A stretch of 63,732 nucleotides of DNA, the filler included, from Octopus bimaculoides (lineage: Eukaryota), in the NCBI RefSeq assembly GCF_001194135.2. It is 9 parts of 9 records of this genome, joined end to end, with 100 filler letters (N's around TTAATTAATTAA, not from the genome) between each part and the next. Parts side by side here need not be neighbours in the genome. Positions count along the whole stretch, not along the records: positions 47,495 to 55,918 come from NC_068984.1; positions 56,019 to 58,115 come from NW_026389780.1; positions 58,216 to 63,732 come from NC_068983.1; 6 more parts are not named here. One strand, given 5' to 3'. Shown piece after piece: positions 50,134-63,072 of the stretch (the stretch's first letter is position 1; each line of letters starts with the position of its first letter). The notes under the pieces are model-generated. The model did not search any database and was not told the DNA's origin. It saw only the letters and a program-made list of their open reading frames with translations. The translations under genes were made by a program, and so were the position numbers.

Positions 50134-53100
50134 GTGAGTTATGCGTGCACATTCCCTTGTCACTCAGCTCTAAAAAGCAGCCTTTTCATCCGTAATGTTG
50201 TGTCGGCCCTAATTGTTTGAGGTAGTGCCATAGAAAGAAACAAACTAGCCACGTGTAATAGTTTCTTAATTTCTGTCGTCACATATCAAAATTAGTGTAT
50301 ATATATGAATGAGTGTGCGAGTATGTGTGTTTGTGAGAGAGTGTGTGTGTATGTGTCTATGCCTCGGTATTATTGCCCGTCTTATAACTGTTATCGTTAT
50401 TCGTGCCATTCAAATAATTCAAAAGAATTTTTTTTTTTTTTTCAGTCAGAAAGCAATACTTTTATTATAAATTAAATATTCTGTTGAGCAACTGAATTTG
50501 CCTCTTTTTTTGTTTATTGTCTTTAAAAACGTGTTTATTTAAGTTGGGAATTTTAGAGCAGGGGTTGTGTTTTGCAAGTTGTAGCCATTTTGTTTGGGGA
50601 ATACGACTGTAGAAAAGAAATTTATTCTTAGCAAATTTAAGTATTTTTTATCTAAACGAGAGGAAAATAATGGAAAGAACTAAATTTTTATCGCTTTATT
50701 TAAAGCTGTGCATTAAAAATTGTTTCTTTCTGCATAGTTTTTGTTGGAAAAACTCCTTGATATGGGAGAGCAAAACGAAACACGTCTGTTTCAATGATAT
50801 TAATACTAATAGTTTCAAATGTTAGCGCTACACCAGCAATTTTAGAGAATAGTGATCAGTCTCCTTAGTGAGCTAGTACATTATTTGTTGGCCGCGAAAG
50901 GAGAAAATGCAAAGTCAACATGAAAGGCAAAGTTTTGTCCGATGTGCTTACATCGAAACCAATATTTGAGTGGTACTTTATTTTCTTGACCATCCCGAAA
51001 GGATGAAAAACAAAGTTGACCTCGGCGGAACTGGAACTCAGATCGTAAATATGAATAGATAAAATGCGGCAAAGCATTTTTCCCGGCATGATAACGATTC
51101 TGCCAGCAGGGCGCACAAAATGATAATATTGGCTTCAAATTTTAGCATAAGGCCAGCTATTTGAAGGAGGGGATAAGTTGTCGATTATGTCAGCCCCAGT
51201 GTTCAACTGGTACTTATTTTATCGACCCCCGAAAAGCTGAATGGTAAAGTCTACCTCGGCAGTATTTAAACTCAGAACGTAAAGACGGACGAAATTCCGC
51301 TAAATATTTTGTCTGTCGTGCTAATGATGCTGCCACTACACAACCTTTAAGAATCATATTGGTTTCAAATTTCGACAGAAGGCCAACAGTTTTTTTTTGG
51401 GGGGGGGGGGCAAGTCGAGTAAATCGACCCCAGCGTTCAACTGATACTTTTTTATCGACTCTGAAAGGATGAAAGGCAAAATAAATCTCGGTGGAATTTG
51501 AACTCAGAACATAAGGACGGACAAGATGCCACTATTTCNNNNNNNNNNNNNNNNNNNNNNNNNNNNNNNNNNNNNNNNNNNNNNNNNNNNNNNNNNNNNN
51601 NNNNNNNNNNNNNNNNNNNNNNNNNNNNNNNNNNNNNNNNNNNNNNNNNNNNNNNNNNNNNNNNNNNNNNNNNNNNNNNNNNAGAAGAAGAAGAAGAAGA
51701 AGAAGAAGGAGAAGAAGGAGAAGGAGAAGAAGAAGAAGAAGAAGAAGAAGAAGAAGAAGAAGAAGAAGAAGAAGAAGAAGAAGAACAAGAACAAGAAGAA
51801 CAAGAAGAACAAGAAGAACAAGAAGAACAAGAAGAACAAGAAGACCAGTCAGCTTGAAGCCATGAGTCATGAAGATCATCTCGAGTGACCATGAGATTCG
51901 CACCCTTTTTATACTAATTAAGCAGTTAGACGCCTAATTACAGCAGAGCATTGCTGGCATTTCAAGCAGGACAGATCTTGGCTCTCACACAAACGAAATA
52001 AAAAAAAGACCTGCACAAGTTTCTGCAGTTAAGTCAATACTCACATTCTGGTCTTGTTACTTGTGAGGATTTGATAATTTTTGTACGCATACCCCCATAG
52101 CCTTTCTTTAACAAAACCAGTGATTAAAAGTGCACGGCTTTGCTTTTGGTGGAATATACGCAGCCAACCATCTTACACCACGATTAGTATAGCAACAACA
52201 TCAACTTTGACAATCATACCACACGCATTAATACCAAAAGCGCGATATTAGTAACCCCGCGGTCAAAAAAAAAAACACAATAACGCAAGCTCGCGATAAT
52301 ACTCTAGCGTTATCCAAATATGAACAAATAATTTTGGTTAAGATATGAATAATTGCACATACCAAAAGGAAGAAAACACAGCTAACAGTATGTAATTTGT
52401 AATAAAATAAAAAATTAATAAGCTTCCGAATTTCATTTCATTTCATCTTTTTTAATCGCCTCATGCGATTATTTTCTTCAATGCTGGAGATAGGAAAGAT
52501 TAAAATGAACTTGTATGATTTGAACTGAAATTTAAGATAACGAGTGAAATCTTCTTAAGAATGCACAGTTGAAAAGGGAGAAAAGAAACTTACAAACACT
52601 GTCTTTCTTGAGTTATAAATGTTGAGGAGCTCCGAGAAGATAGACTTTCAGAGTCGATGCTTAGTTGTGTTTCATGGTGTTGAAGTAAATGAGATATCGG
52701 TCAACACTTTGACAGGTCGCCAGTTTATTGCCTGTGATGCTTTCAAATCATCTGATATCTTATCTATTGTCAAACATTAACCGGCCTTCTTAGATATTTG
52801 TTAAAACAGTTGTAATAGAACTTAAATTCTAATTCTTTTATCGGTTTTATTCTTTACTTTTCTACACAGTCATTCTATTTCTTTCTTTTTTCCCGTCATA
52901 TAAATACATAAATCGTAAGAAGGTAGCAATTTGGCAGTAACTAATAGCGTGTCGGACAAAATGCATAACGGCATTTCTTCCGGCTCTTTGTGTTCTGAGT
53001 TCATATTCCTCCGCGAAAGATTTTGCTTTTCATTTTTTCGTGGTCGATATAAGTACCAGTTGAACACTGGCGTTGATATAATCGATTAGTCTACCACTAG

Positions 53101-53340
53101 AATCGATGATTTTGTGCCAAAAGTATTATTAATACTAAGGCAGTGAGTTGGGTGAATCGTTAGCGTGTTAGGAAAAATATTTAGCCGCAGTTTTCCGGTT
53201 TTACATTCCGAGTTTAGATGCCATCGAGATCGACTTTGATTTTCATTCTCTCGGGACAGATAAAATAAGAAACAATCAAGTATACTGGGGCTAATGTAAC
53301 CAATTAACTTATCCTCAAGAATACGTTAGAGAAAATTATT

Positions 53341-54550
53341 TTATGCTTGACTTTTGCTTTGGATTTGTAGAAGTTGGTTTCAAGTCTCACCCAGAGACCT
53401 CAAGAGACAACAAGTTAGAAGTTCATGTTGGTGTTATGCCTAGGGTGCCATATACTTGGTTTTGCACACAGTACTGATCTAGAGAATGTTTAGAATTTGA
53501 GATCACATAGACAGTATTTTACGTAGGATATGGGTAGTTCCTATGAGCACTATCTTTTAAATTTCTACCAATTTGGGGTTTCCTGGTATCTGAGCTAGAT
53601 AGGAATCACCCACTTTTGTTATCATTCATAGGGCAGGTATTGTTTTAGTCTTGAGGTTCCACATTTTGCCAATTTCTATTTGAAGATCTTTATATTTGCT
53701 CAGCTTTTGGTAGGTCTTGACAGATACAGTTATATCGATCGGGACAGTCATATCAATGAGGAGGCATCATTTTTGCCTGAAGTCTTTCAGTATAATGTCT
53801 GACCTATTCGCATCTATCTTTCTGTCAGTTTGAATGGTGAAGATCCAGAAGAGAGAGATGTGATCATTTTCAAGCACTGGAGGTGGTTTGTGCTCCCACC
53901 AGTTTTTATCATGTTGCGGGTTCAGGTTTTTGCAAGTTACCAAGTGAATATATTGTGCTGCTCTATCATGCCTGTTGAGATACTCTGTAGGCACAAGAAG
54001 ACTGCACATGGAGACAACATGGTCAATGGTTTCATTTTGCTGTTGACATACACGAGATATTGGGCAGCTGCCGTCTTTAATATGTTGGCGTGCTAGTTTC
54101 TTGTAGGTAGCCATTGATCTTGGGCTGCTATGATAAACCCTTCTGTTTCTGATTTTGAGTCAGACGCCACTAACCATTGATGGATAAGGGCTTTGTCAAC
54201 ATCGGCACAATTAGCTCTCTTTGGGTATTTCCCATTGAGAGATTTTTCTTGCCATTTATCATTAAAAATATCTATGTCACCACTTTTAGCACAGATTTTC
54301 AATCGCTCAGCTTTTTCTGTGCTTGTTTCTAGTACATCTAATTCTGGAATTTGTTGTATTCGGAATTCACTTAGATATTTCTTTGCCTGTTTTGTTACTG
54401 TGTATGATGCTTTCTTGTTTTCATGTTTTGAGACAAGTTTTAACATCCAATCCTCAGAGTTTTTCAGATAGGTGTCTAGGCCGATTGTGGCAATCTTCAT
54501 TGCTAATTCGAGTTATAAAAGTTCACGGCGTACCTCTTTTCTTGGCAGAT
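53341..54550 (-). mobile_element. Restriction-like-endonuclease non-LTR retrotransposon (R4/NeSL-like), 5'-truncated relic
   Basis: LELAMKIATIGLDTYL...HQWL...ETEGFIIAAQDQ, CCHC knuckle (xRVCQQQNETIDHVVSMC), RHD, TDRKIDANRSDIILKD (PD-D/ExK region), LLIDMTVP, KLSKYKDLQIEIGKMWNLKT, then a 3' UTR. Confidence 0.9.
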
Positions 54551-54589
54551 TTCTTTTCTTTTCTTCTTCTTCTTCTTCTTCTTCTTCTT

Positions 54590-54680
<91 letters not shown>

Positions 54681-54729
54681 NNNNNNNNNNTTCTTTTCTT
54701 TTCTTCTTCTTCTTCTTCTTCTTCTTCTT

Positions 54730-54822
<93 letters not shown>

Positions 54823-55037
54823 TAAGGCTGCGAGCTGACAGAATCGTTAGCACACCGGGCGATATGCTTAGCGGTATTTCGCCGGTCGCTACGTTCTGAG
54901 TTCAGATTACGCCGAGGTCTACTTTGCCTTTCATCCTTTCAGGTTCTATTAAATAAATACCAGCTACGCACTGGGGTCGATGTTGTCGACATAATCCCTT
55001 ATCCCATATTTGAGACCTTGTACCTCCAGTAGAAAGG

Positions 55038-55096
<59 letters not shown>

Positions 55097-55122
55097 GATT
55101 GTTATTATTATTGTTGTTGTTA

Positions 55123-55171
<49 letters not shown>

Positions 55172-56269
55172 AGCGTTGAATTTGCAGAGCCAGAGTACCG
55201 CTAGTGTCTTCAACGTTTTCGGATTATAATCAATTATCGCTATATTCTTGATTTTTTGTCGTTACTTCAATTTTGATGCCTTACGCTTTCCGATCAAATC
55301 GTACCTTCACTTTGCGTTTCATTTCCTCTCAGCACAGAAGTTGCTGCTGAAATAACTTCCATTAATCTATTGGGATTTGGAGGGAATCGATTTATCGCCC
55401 GATCTTCAAAAACAAAATAGGGCGTTTACCTAGACAGAAAGGAAATCATTATGAATCGTTTCAACTCTAAATTAAATCACATAGTAGAAATTTATTCTGG
55501 AAAATAAAAAGACAAAAATTATTGAATGAGAAAGAGCGTGTATATGTGAGTGAGTGTTTGTATGTACAAGTCACAGCGACTAGCGTAGTCTTATTCTCTT
55601 TTTGTTTCATAGCTACAAGGTAGAAGGAACTTAATAGCATCAGCTTTACAGTCAATATGCAATCATTAGGAAATGGCTTGGAGTTTAAACTATCTGCTGT
55701 GTGTACGAGAAAGTGTTTTCTTAATAGAATATATGGAGAATATTTCTGGTGTGAAGAGAAATATATGAAGGAGAAAACTTCAAAAATTACTTGTAACTTG
55801 CGTCATTACAAAGAAAAATGAAGTTATAGCTTTTCTGATGTATATTTCAGTATATTAGTGTTTTGGTTATGCTAGTATTACTATATATTCCTATGTATGC
55901 ATGTATATATATATATATNNNNNNNNNNNNNNNNNNNNNNNNNNNNNNNNNNNNNNNNNNNNTTAATTAATTAANNNNNNNNNNNNNNNNNNNNNNNNNN
56001 NNNNNNNNNNNNNNNNNNATATATATATATATACGTACACATAAATAGATAGATTGATAGACAGATAGATAGATAGATAGATACATACATACATACATAC
56101 ATACATATACACGCCACATATCTGCATACAAGAATACATACGTGCACGCACACAGACACACATATATACTAATACATATATGTAATGTACGTGTGTATGC
56201 GTGTATATATATATATGTATATGCATATATGTGTGCGTATATATCTCTATACACCTACAAACGCACACA

Positions 56270-56314
<45 letters not shown>

Positions 56315-57425
56315 TCATACTCACACACACACATATACATACGCATACATACTTTGAAATGTCAGTTTGTCAACGAAAAAGGAAAAGTGAAATCAATACC
56401 TGTTATAGATTATGTTGTTTATTTAAACTAAATTCTTTNNNNNNNNNNNNNNNNNNNNNNNNNNNNNNNNNNNNNNNNNNNNNNNNNNNNNNNNNNNNNN
56501 NNNNNNNNNNNNNNNNNNNNNNNNNNNNNNNNNNNNNNNNNNNNNNNNNNNNNNNNNNNNNNNNNNNNNNNNNNNNNNNNNNNNNNNNNNNNNNNNNNNN
56601 NNNNNNNNNNNNNNNNNNNNNNNNNNNNNNNNNNNNNNNNNNNNNNNNNNNNNNNNNNNNNNNNNNNNNNNNNNNNNNNNNNNNNNNNNNNNNNNNNNNN
56701 NNNNNNNNNNNNNNNNNNNNNNNNNNNNNNNNNNNNNNNNNNNNNNNNNNNNNNNNNNNNNNNNNNNNNNNNNNNNNNNNNNNNNNNNNNNNNNNNNNNN
56801 NNNNNNNNNNNNNNNNNNNNNNNNNNNNNNNNNNNNNNNNNNNNNNNNNNNNNNNNNNNNNNNNNNNNNNNNNNNNNNNNNNNNNNNNNNNNNNNNNNNN
56901 NNNNNNNNNNNNNNNNNNNNNNNNNNNNNNNNNNNNNNNNNNNNNNNNNNNNNNNNNNNNNNNNNNNNNNNNNNNNNNNNNNNNNNNNNNNNNNNNNNNN
57001 NNNNNNNNNNNNNNNNNNNNNNNNNNNNNNNNNNNNNNNNNNNNNNNNNNNNNNNNNNNNNNNNNNNNNNNNNNNNNNNNNNNNNNNNNNNNNNNNNNNN
57101 NNNNNNNNNNNNNNNNNNNNNNNNNNNNNNNNNNNNNNNNNNNNNNNNNNNNNNNNNNNNNNNNNNNNNNNNNNNNNNNNNNNNNNNNNNNNNNNNNNNN
57201 NNNNNNNNNNNNNNNNNNNNNNNNNNNNNNNNNNNNNNNNNNNNNNNNNNNNNNNNNNNNNNNNNNNNNNNNNNNNNNNNNNNNNNNNNNNNNNNNNNNN
57301 NNNNNNNNNNNNNNNNNNNNNNNNNNNNNNNNNNNNNNNNNNNNNNNNNNNNNNNNNNNNNNNNNNNNNNNNNNNNNNNNNNNNNNNNNNNNNNNNNNNN
57401 NNNNNNNNNNNNNNNNNNNNNNNNA

Positions 57426-57535
57426 AAACACCACAGCACTTTCCAAGCATATTTGGAAGTTTAGAGATAAAAGGAAGATAACTAGTTTTACATGGGCGGT
57501 GTTAGATAAAGTATGTAAGGCATAAGCATGCATCA
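57426..57535 (+). mobile_element. Penelope-like element fragment (GIY-YIG endonuclease C-terminal region)
   Basis: NTTALSKHIWKFRDKRKITSFTWAVLDK resembles the T-x-LSK-[HY]-IW-x-LKD...W-x-I/V-LD segment of PLE ORFs; upstream part is in a gap. Confidence 0.65.
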
Positions 57536-58050
57536 AAGTCCTCCAGCTTCTACCACGAGGAGAAGTCATCTCCCATCCTCTCCTGATCGGTGATAGATGT
57601 CAACCTTTGATCAACACAATCTCCACCTCACTTGGGTTATTATTTTCAATCCTTTTGGCGGGTACGATCGACAGAACGAACGAAAGCCCTGGTCGGTATA
57701 TAATCGCATTTTTTCTTCATTGGCATGGCTTGGCTGTGTGTTAAGAAGCTTGCTTCTCAATTACATGGTTCGGCGTTCAATCCCACTGTGTGGCACCTTG
57801 GGTAAGTAGTCTTCTACTATAGCTTCGGACCGACCAAAGCATTGTGAGTGGATTTAGTAGACGAAAACTGAAAGAAGCCCATCGTATTATTTTATTGTTT
57901 CAATCATTTGACTACGGCCATGCTGGAGCACTGCCATGAAGGTTTTCAGTTAAACAGATCAACTCCAGGACTTATTAATTTCTTCTAAGCCTAATACTTA
58001 TTATATGAGTCTATTTTGCAGAAGCACTATGTACAGGGACGTAAACATAC

Positions 58051-58110
58051 TATGCTGATGAGCGGAATCTAGATTCATTCTAGTAATCGCGAAATCGGTC
58101 GATACATAGT
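58051..58110 (+). ncRNA. Degenerate hammerhead-ribozyme-like motif
   Basis: CTGATGA-gcg...cgc-GAAA-tcg-GTC; stem I imperfect. Confidence 0.4.
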
Positions 58111-59942
58111 TGAGTNNNNNNNNNNNNNNNNNNNNNNNNNNNNNNNNNNNNNNNNNNNNTTAATTAATTAANNNNNNNNNNNNNNNNNNNNNNNNNNNNN
58201 NNNNNNNNNNNNNNNTGCGTGTGTGTGTGTGTGCGTGTGTGTGTGTGTCTGTGTTTGTCCCCCAACATCGCTTGACAACCGATGCTGGTGTGTTTACGTC
58301 CCCGTAACTTAGCGGTTCGGCAAAAGAGACCGATAGACTAAGTACTAGGCTTCCAAAGAATAAGTCCTGGGGTCGATTTGCTCGACTAAAGGCGGTGCTC
58401 CAGCATGGCCACAGTCAAATGACCGATACAAGTAAAAGAGAGAAAAGAGAGAGTATAACAATTAACGTAAGACAGCGTATAACTGTAATGGTTCGGTATA
58501 GGACTCCTTCTGTAACTGAGCTACAAACATGAATATTTTTTTAAACATGTGACATCATTTTCTCATTGAATTACGAGGGGAATCTAATGAGAAAGAGAGA
58601 CAGACACACGTACAGACACACAGACAAACAGACAGACAGAGGGAGAGATAGAGACAGAGACAGAGAAAGGTGAGTGCGTGAGACATAGGAATGCAAACAA
58701 ATTGATAAGCATAAGTTGATCGATACTTGTTGAGGCTTTTTGTTGGTGCTAACTGATTAAGTATCGATGTCGTAATAGGGTGCGGATATGAGCGGTAAAC
58801 AAGACGTTAAGTAAATAGTGTGTCATCCTACACTTAGAAGTGACGATGAGAAGACACATAGATTGTTAATATGGAGTACGAAGAGAGATGAGTAACTTTC
58901 GAAGAAAGCCTAAGCAGACAGTCTTTACCGCAACGAGTACAAACCGGGTGCTCATGCAGCCTCTGTCTCTGTCTCTCTCTTCCTCTCACTCTCCAACTGT
59001 CACATGGTAGATATTCCACTGGGTTAAGAGTGTAGGGACGAAAGGGAGATTCATGTCTGCTCGCGACTACTCAGGCAACTAAAACAATTAACAAAAGCAT
59101 GGTACGACTAACCACACCGTATTCGTTTACAAATGAGGGCTACAGAAGAGGACAGCTTTTCTACAAGATTGTCAAAACAATACAGAAACTAACTTTGCTG
59201 ATAATGGCGACATGTGACATAATTGATTTTTTAATTCACGCAAAGATTCGATAACAAAAATTCTGTAATTTATTAATTGAAATTTTCGTAAGTAGTCAAT
59301 TTTATTCTAAGCGTGAACAGATAGAGAGGACAAAAGAAAGAATCTTTTAGTGTTCGCTGTGGGAATGGGACCTATTTATCACATTTGACGCCACGAATTT
59401 TCTGGGAAAGTATTACAGTCGTGAGCACTAATAAATTATATCAGTTTCTTATATAATAAAGATTTCTCATATTAGTATAAGTTTACAAATTTGCATGGAA
59501 AAGATTATAGCAGATTTAATCAATTATATTGCATTACTAATATATTTTAAACGATCCACATGGTTTAAAAGACAGTAGCCCTCAGTGGAACTTGAGCGAA
59601 ACTAAATACTGTATGAAAGATTGGTTTAATGTTTCTTCCATTCAAACATTAATATATATAGAATTTAATTTCTTACATGAAATCAAGACAGAAAAGTGGA
59701 AGGAGGAAGCATTCATTTTGATAACCTGAATGGTATCTACACTGAATCGCAAAAGAAATGCGATTTTTTCTAATGTCATTTTTATATGGTGAATTCTGAA
59801 AATTTATTTCGGGGATGCAAGTGTAAATATTCCAAGACATGCTAGATTATGGCTGAGACCCAAATTGCAGGTAACCTTTCAACTTTCCCTGAAACGAGAC
59901 ACCAAAATGCAGCTGCGTTGAATTGTCGTGAAAACCGAAATG

Positions 59943-60005
59943 CACGTGCATCTCGTGGAGGTTATGGGTATAAAAATCAACTTGAACTGCGTTCCTGGCA
60001 TTCGC
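59943..60005 (+). promoter_or_regulatory. Candidate Pol II core promoter (E-box, TATA, Inr)
   Basis: CACGTG 59943-59948, TATAAAA 59969-59975, Inr-like gCATTC with A at 60000 (31 nt spacing). Confidence 0.3.
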
Positions 60006-61336
60006 AATCTAAACGCATGTTGGGTTGGTCGTAATCGGTTAGTAGTGCTTGTTTCTTAAAAGTTAACTGTTTTGTGTGTTTTTTAAATACTTTGTTTTTT
60101 CTGCCTCACGGCAGACTTGTTGTCGTTTCCTCCCTTGTTTGAAGGTGGGAAATACTGTACTGTACTAAGATAATGTAAGTTCGTCCGACAGAGACTCGTC
60201 GGAAGAAGAACTTGTGTTGTATTAATAACATAGAAAAAGACCTGTCTAAACGTGAAAAAGAAAATTTTAAAAATTGTGAACCTATTAACATGGATAAAAA
60301 TGTGAAAAATTTTCCAGCTGTGGAAGAGGTCAATTTCGAGAGGTGGGAGCTGGAGAAGCACAGAGACCTAATGAAAAAGAGGGACATGAAGTTATGGTGA
60401 CCCCTCCTAGCGAAGTTACACGAAGAATGCCTTGTTTATTCTCTTGCTCGTGGAAGTGGCTTTGTAAATAAACATTTTTTATAAGTTGTTATATTTGTGA
60501 TTCAATTGGATGCAATTTCTCTCGAGTTTTAGAAGGTAAAATAATTGAAAAGTAGCATATTTAATCAAAATTTATTAAGATTTTCACTAAGTTCCAGAAT
60601 GATGGTAGGAGAAATGCATTTCCTTCTACAAATAGGATATATAAACCAATGCGTGGAACCTTGGGCAAGTGTCTTCAACTATAGCCTCGGGCCAACCAAA
60701 GCCTGGTGAGTCAATTTGGTAGACGGAAACTGAAAGAAGCCCGCCATATATAAATATATATATTGTTGCTATTATGCAAAAGTGTCGTAAGTCCAAAACG
60801 TTGCTTTTTCAGAAAACGAAAACATAGTTTCCCCATTCCATTTCTTTTTACATTAGCAACAGTTTCAGCTTAACAATAATGCTTTGGTTGGGTGCATAAA
60901 ATCGGAATTCCAAGTACGTATATTTTCAGTCGGAAATATTTTTGCAAAACTGTCGTATGTGGAGCTCACTACACTTTTGAAAAANNNNNNNNNNNNNNNN
61001 NNNNNNNNNNNNNNNNNNNNNNNNNNNNNNNNNNNNNNNNNNNNNNNNNNNNNNNNNNNNNNNNNNNNNNNNNNNNNNNNNNNNNNNNNNNNNNNNNNNN
61101 NNNNNNNNNNNNNNNNNNNNNNNNNNNNNNNNNNNNNNNNNNNNNNNNNNNNNNNNNNNNNNNNNNNNNNNNNNNNNNNNNNNNNNNNNNNNNNNNNNNN
61201 NNNNNNNNNNNNNNNNNNNNACCGATAGAATAAGTACTAGGCTTACAAAGAGTAAGTCCTGGAGTCGATTTTAAAGTGGTGCTCCAGCATGGTCGCAATT
61301 AAATGACGGAAACAAGTAAAAGAAGAAAAGAATATT

Positions 61337-61383
<47 letters not shown>

Positions 61384-62811
61384 GGCAATCCTTACTGCAT
61401 ACATATTTTGTAATATTATACTCTTTAATTACTCAACGGTTTAAGTGGAAACAAAATAGCAAAAGTCTGTGAAAGAAATTTTGTGCTACCATCTGTCAAC
61501 TTTTAAAATCATTATAAATTAATGAGGAATCATTTTCAAATTTACTTCCACAAATAGTTTTCTTTTATTTTCGAAATAAGCAAGTGGCATATTCGATAAC
61601 TGTACGTCCAGAATTTTTCGAACCACTTAAAAAAAGACAACAAAAACAAAGACTCCCTGATGAACAGTAACCTGCGGAAATTAGTGTAGAGCAATATAGT
61701 TCTGTATTTTCAACACATAATCATTAGATTTATTATTGGCACAAATCCGAGAATTTTAGGCACAGTCAACCATGGTCTACTTCGAACCCAGAATCTAAAG
61801 GATCAAGTTTGATTTTTCATCCTTACGTGACCGATAAAATAAGGACCAGGCAATTAATTTAACTACCATTATCATCATCATTATCATAGTTAATAATAAA
61901 ATAGGTCAGTTTCAAGATATTGATGTCCAGATCACAAAAGCAAAGCTTGGAGGGAATAGTAATGATTTCTTTTGATTTCTAGAGAGAAGCAAATAGAAAG
62001 TACCACTTACTGAGCAAAGATAAAAACAAAAACAAATAAATTTGTTACACAGTGTAATAGGTTTACCTTTCTCCCGAAAATTTGCAAACTACATAGATTA
62101 CTTCAAGATAAGAAACAAAATGCCTCGGTGATGGAGTGTCAAACAGAAGAGCAGTATCATGGCTGTGCAGACAAGTAGAAGAAAGTCATTATCTTGTAGT
62201 GGAAGAGTTAAACTTCATGTAAAAGATAAACTTTTTCTTTGTAATGTTCTCACATACAAATTTGATTAAGGAATGAGCAGTTATTTTTCTGACATCATGT
62301 TTTTCGCTAATTGATTATTAATGTCTAATTTACAAGACAGTCAAACCTAGCCGAGCCAAAAAGACGGCAACCAAACGGTAAAGGAAGCCCTGTCCATGAA
62401 TCATCAGTGACGTAATGTTTGATCCCCTCTAAAGATATTTGTTGTGTTGTTTAATTTACGATATTTAACAATCAGCAATCTTCCATGCAAATTACTTTTA
62501 AGTCAGTGGAGATTGTTCAAATTTAGAGAGTGGAATATATAATGTTTATTAATTGCTTAATTTCTTCGTAATTATTTTTAATCAATATCAAATTTCAATT
62601 TGTTTGTCGAGGTACCTTTGACATTCCTTTCTTTATATCAACTTATTTCTCTCTATTCTTATTTTTGTTGGCTTCCATTATACCATCTTAGGTCACGAGT
62701 GTTCAGAGAATTAAAGCTGACTCAAAATAAATAAAATGCAAGGAAATTAAAGAATACTAAGCTGACTATTTTTATGATTGCCATTAAACAATCATTACAA
62801 TAATAATAATG

Positions 62812-62990
62812 CAGTTCTATATTTAAGAGATGAGGAATTATGTACATTATTTACATTATTTACATTTGACGGATATTTGTTCTTATTTTGTTTGTTGTTA
62901 ACACAACGTTTCGGTTGATACACCCTCCAGCCTTATCAGGTGTCTTGGGGAAATTTCGAACCTGAGTTCTCATTCCTAAGGTATTTTCGA

Positions 62991-63037
<47 letters not shown>

Positions 63038-63072
63038 TCACTGCCTGGAATCGAACTTGGAATCTTGGGGTT
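62812..63072 (-). mobile_element. tRNA-headed SINE-like element with an (AAT)n spacer and a hammerhead-like 3' module
   Basis: B box aagttcgattcc (63047-63058 rc); head shared with 10031-10107 (rc ggtagctatggttaagagcgcgggctacaaaccccaatattccgagttcgattccaggc); then (AAT)n; then gacac-CTGATAA-ggctg..caacc-GAAA-cgtt-gtgtt. Confidence 0.7.
62900..62946 (-). ncRNA. Degenerate hammerhead-ribozyme-like motif in a SINE-like element
   Basis: gacac-CTGATAA-ggctg(gagggtgtat)caacc-GAAA-cgt-T-gtgtt; G8 altered and one stem II mismatch. Confidence 0.5.

Noticed and set aside
52594-52760. Minus-strand GTAAGT donor with a Ser-rich open frame
   Set aside because: In-frame stop shortly upstream and no acceptor; not supportable.
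54551-54820. Duplicated (TTC)n(TTA)n block
   Set aside because: Near-identical copies either side of a 10-N gap: assembly artefact.
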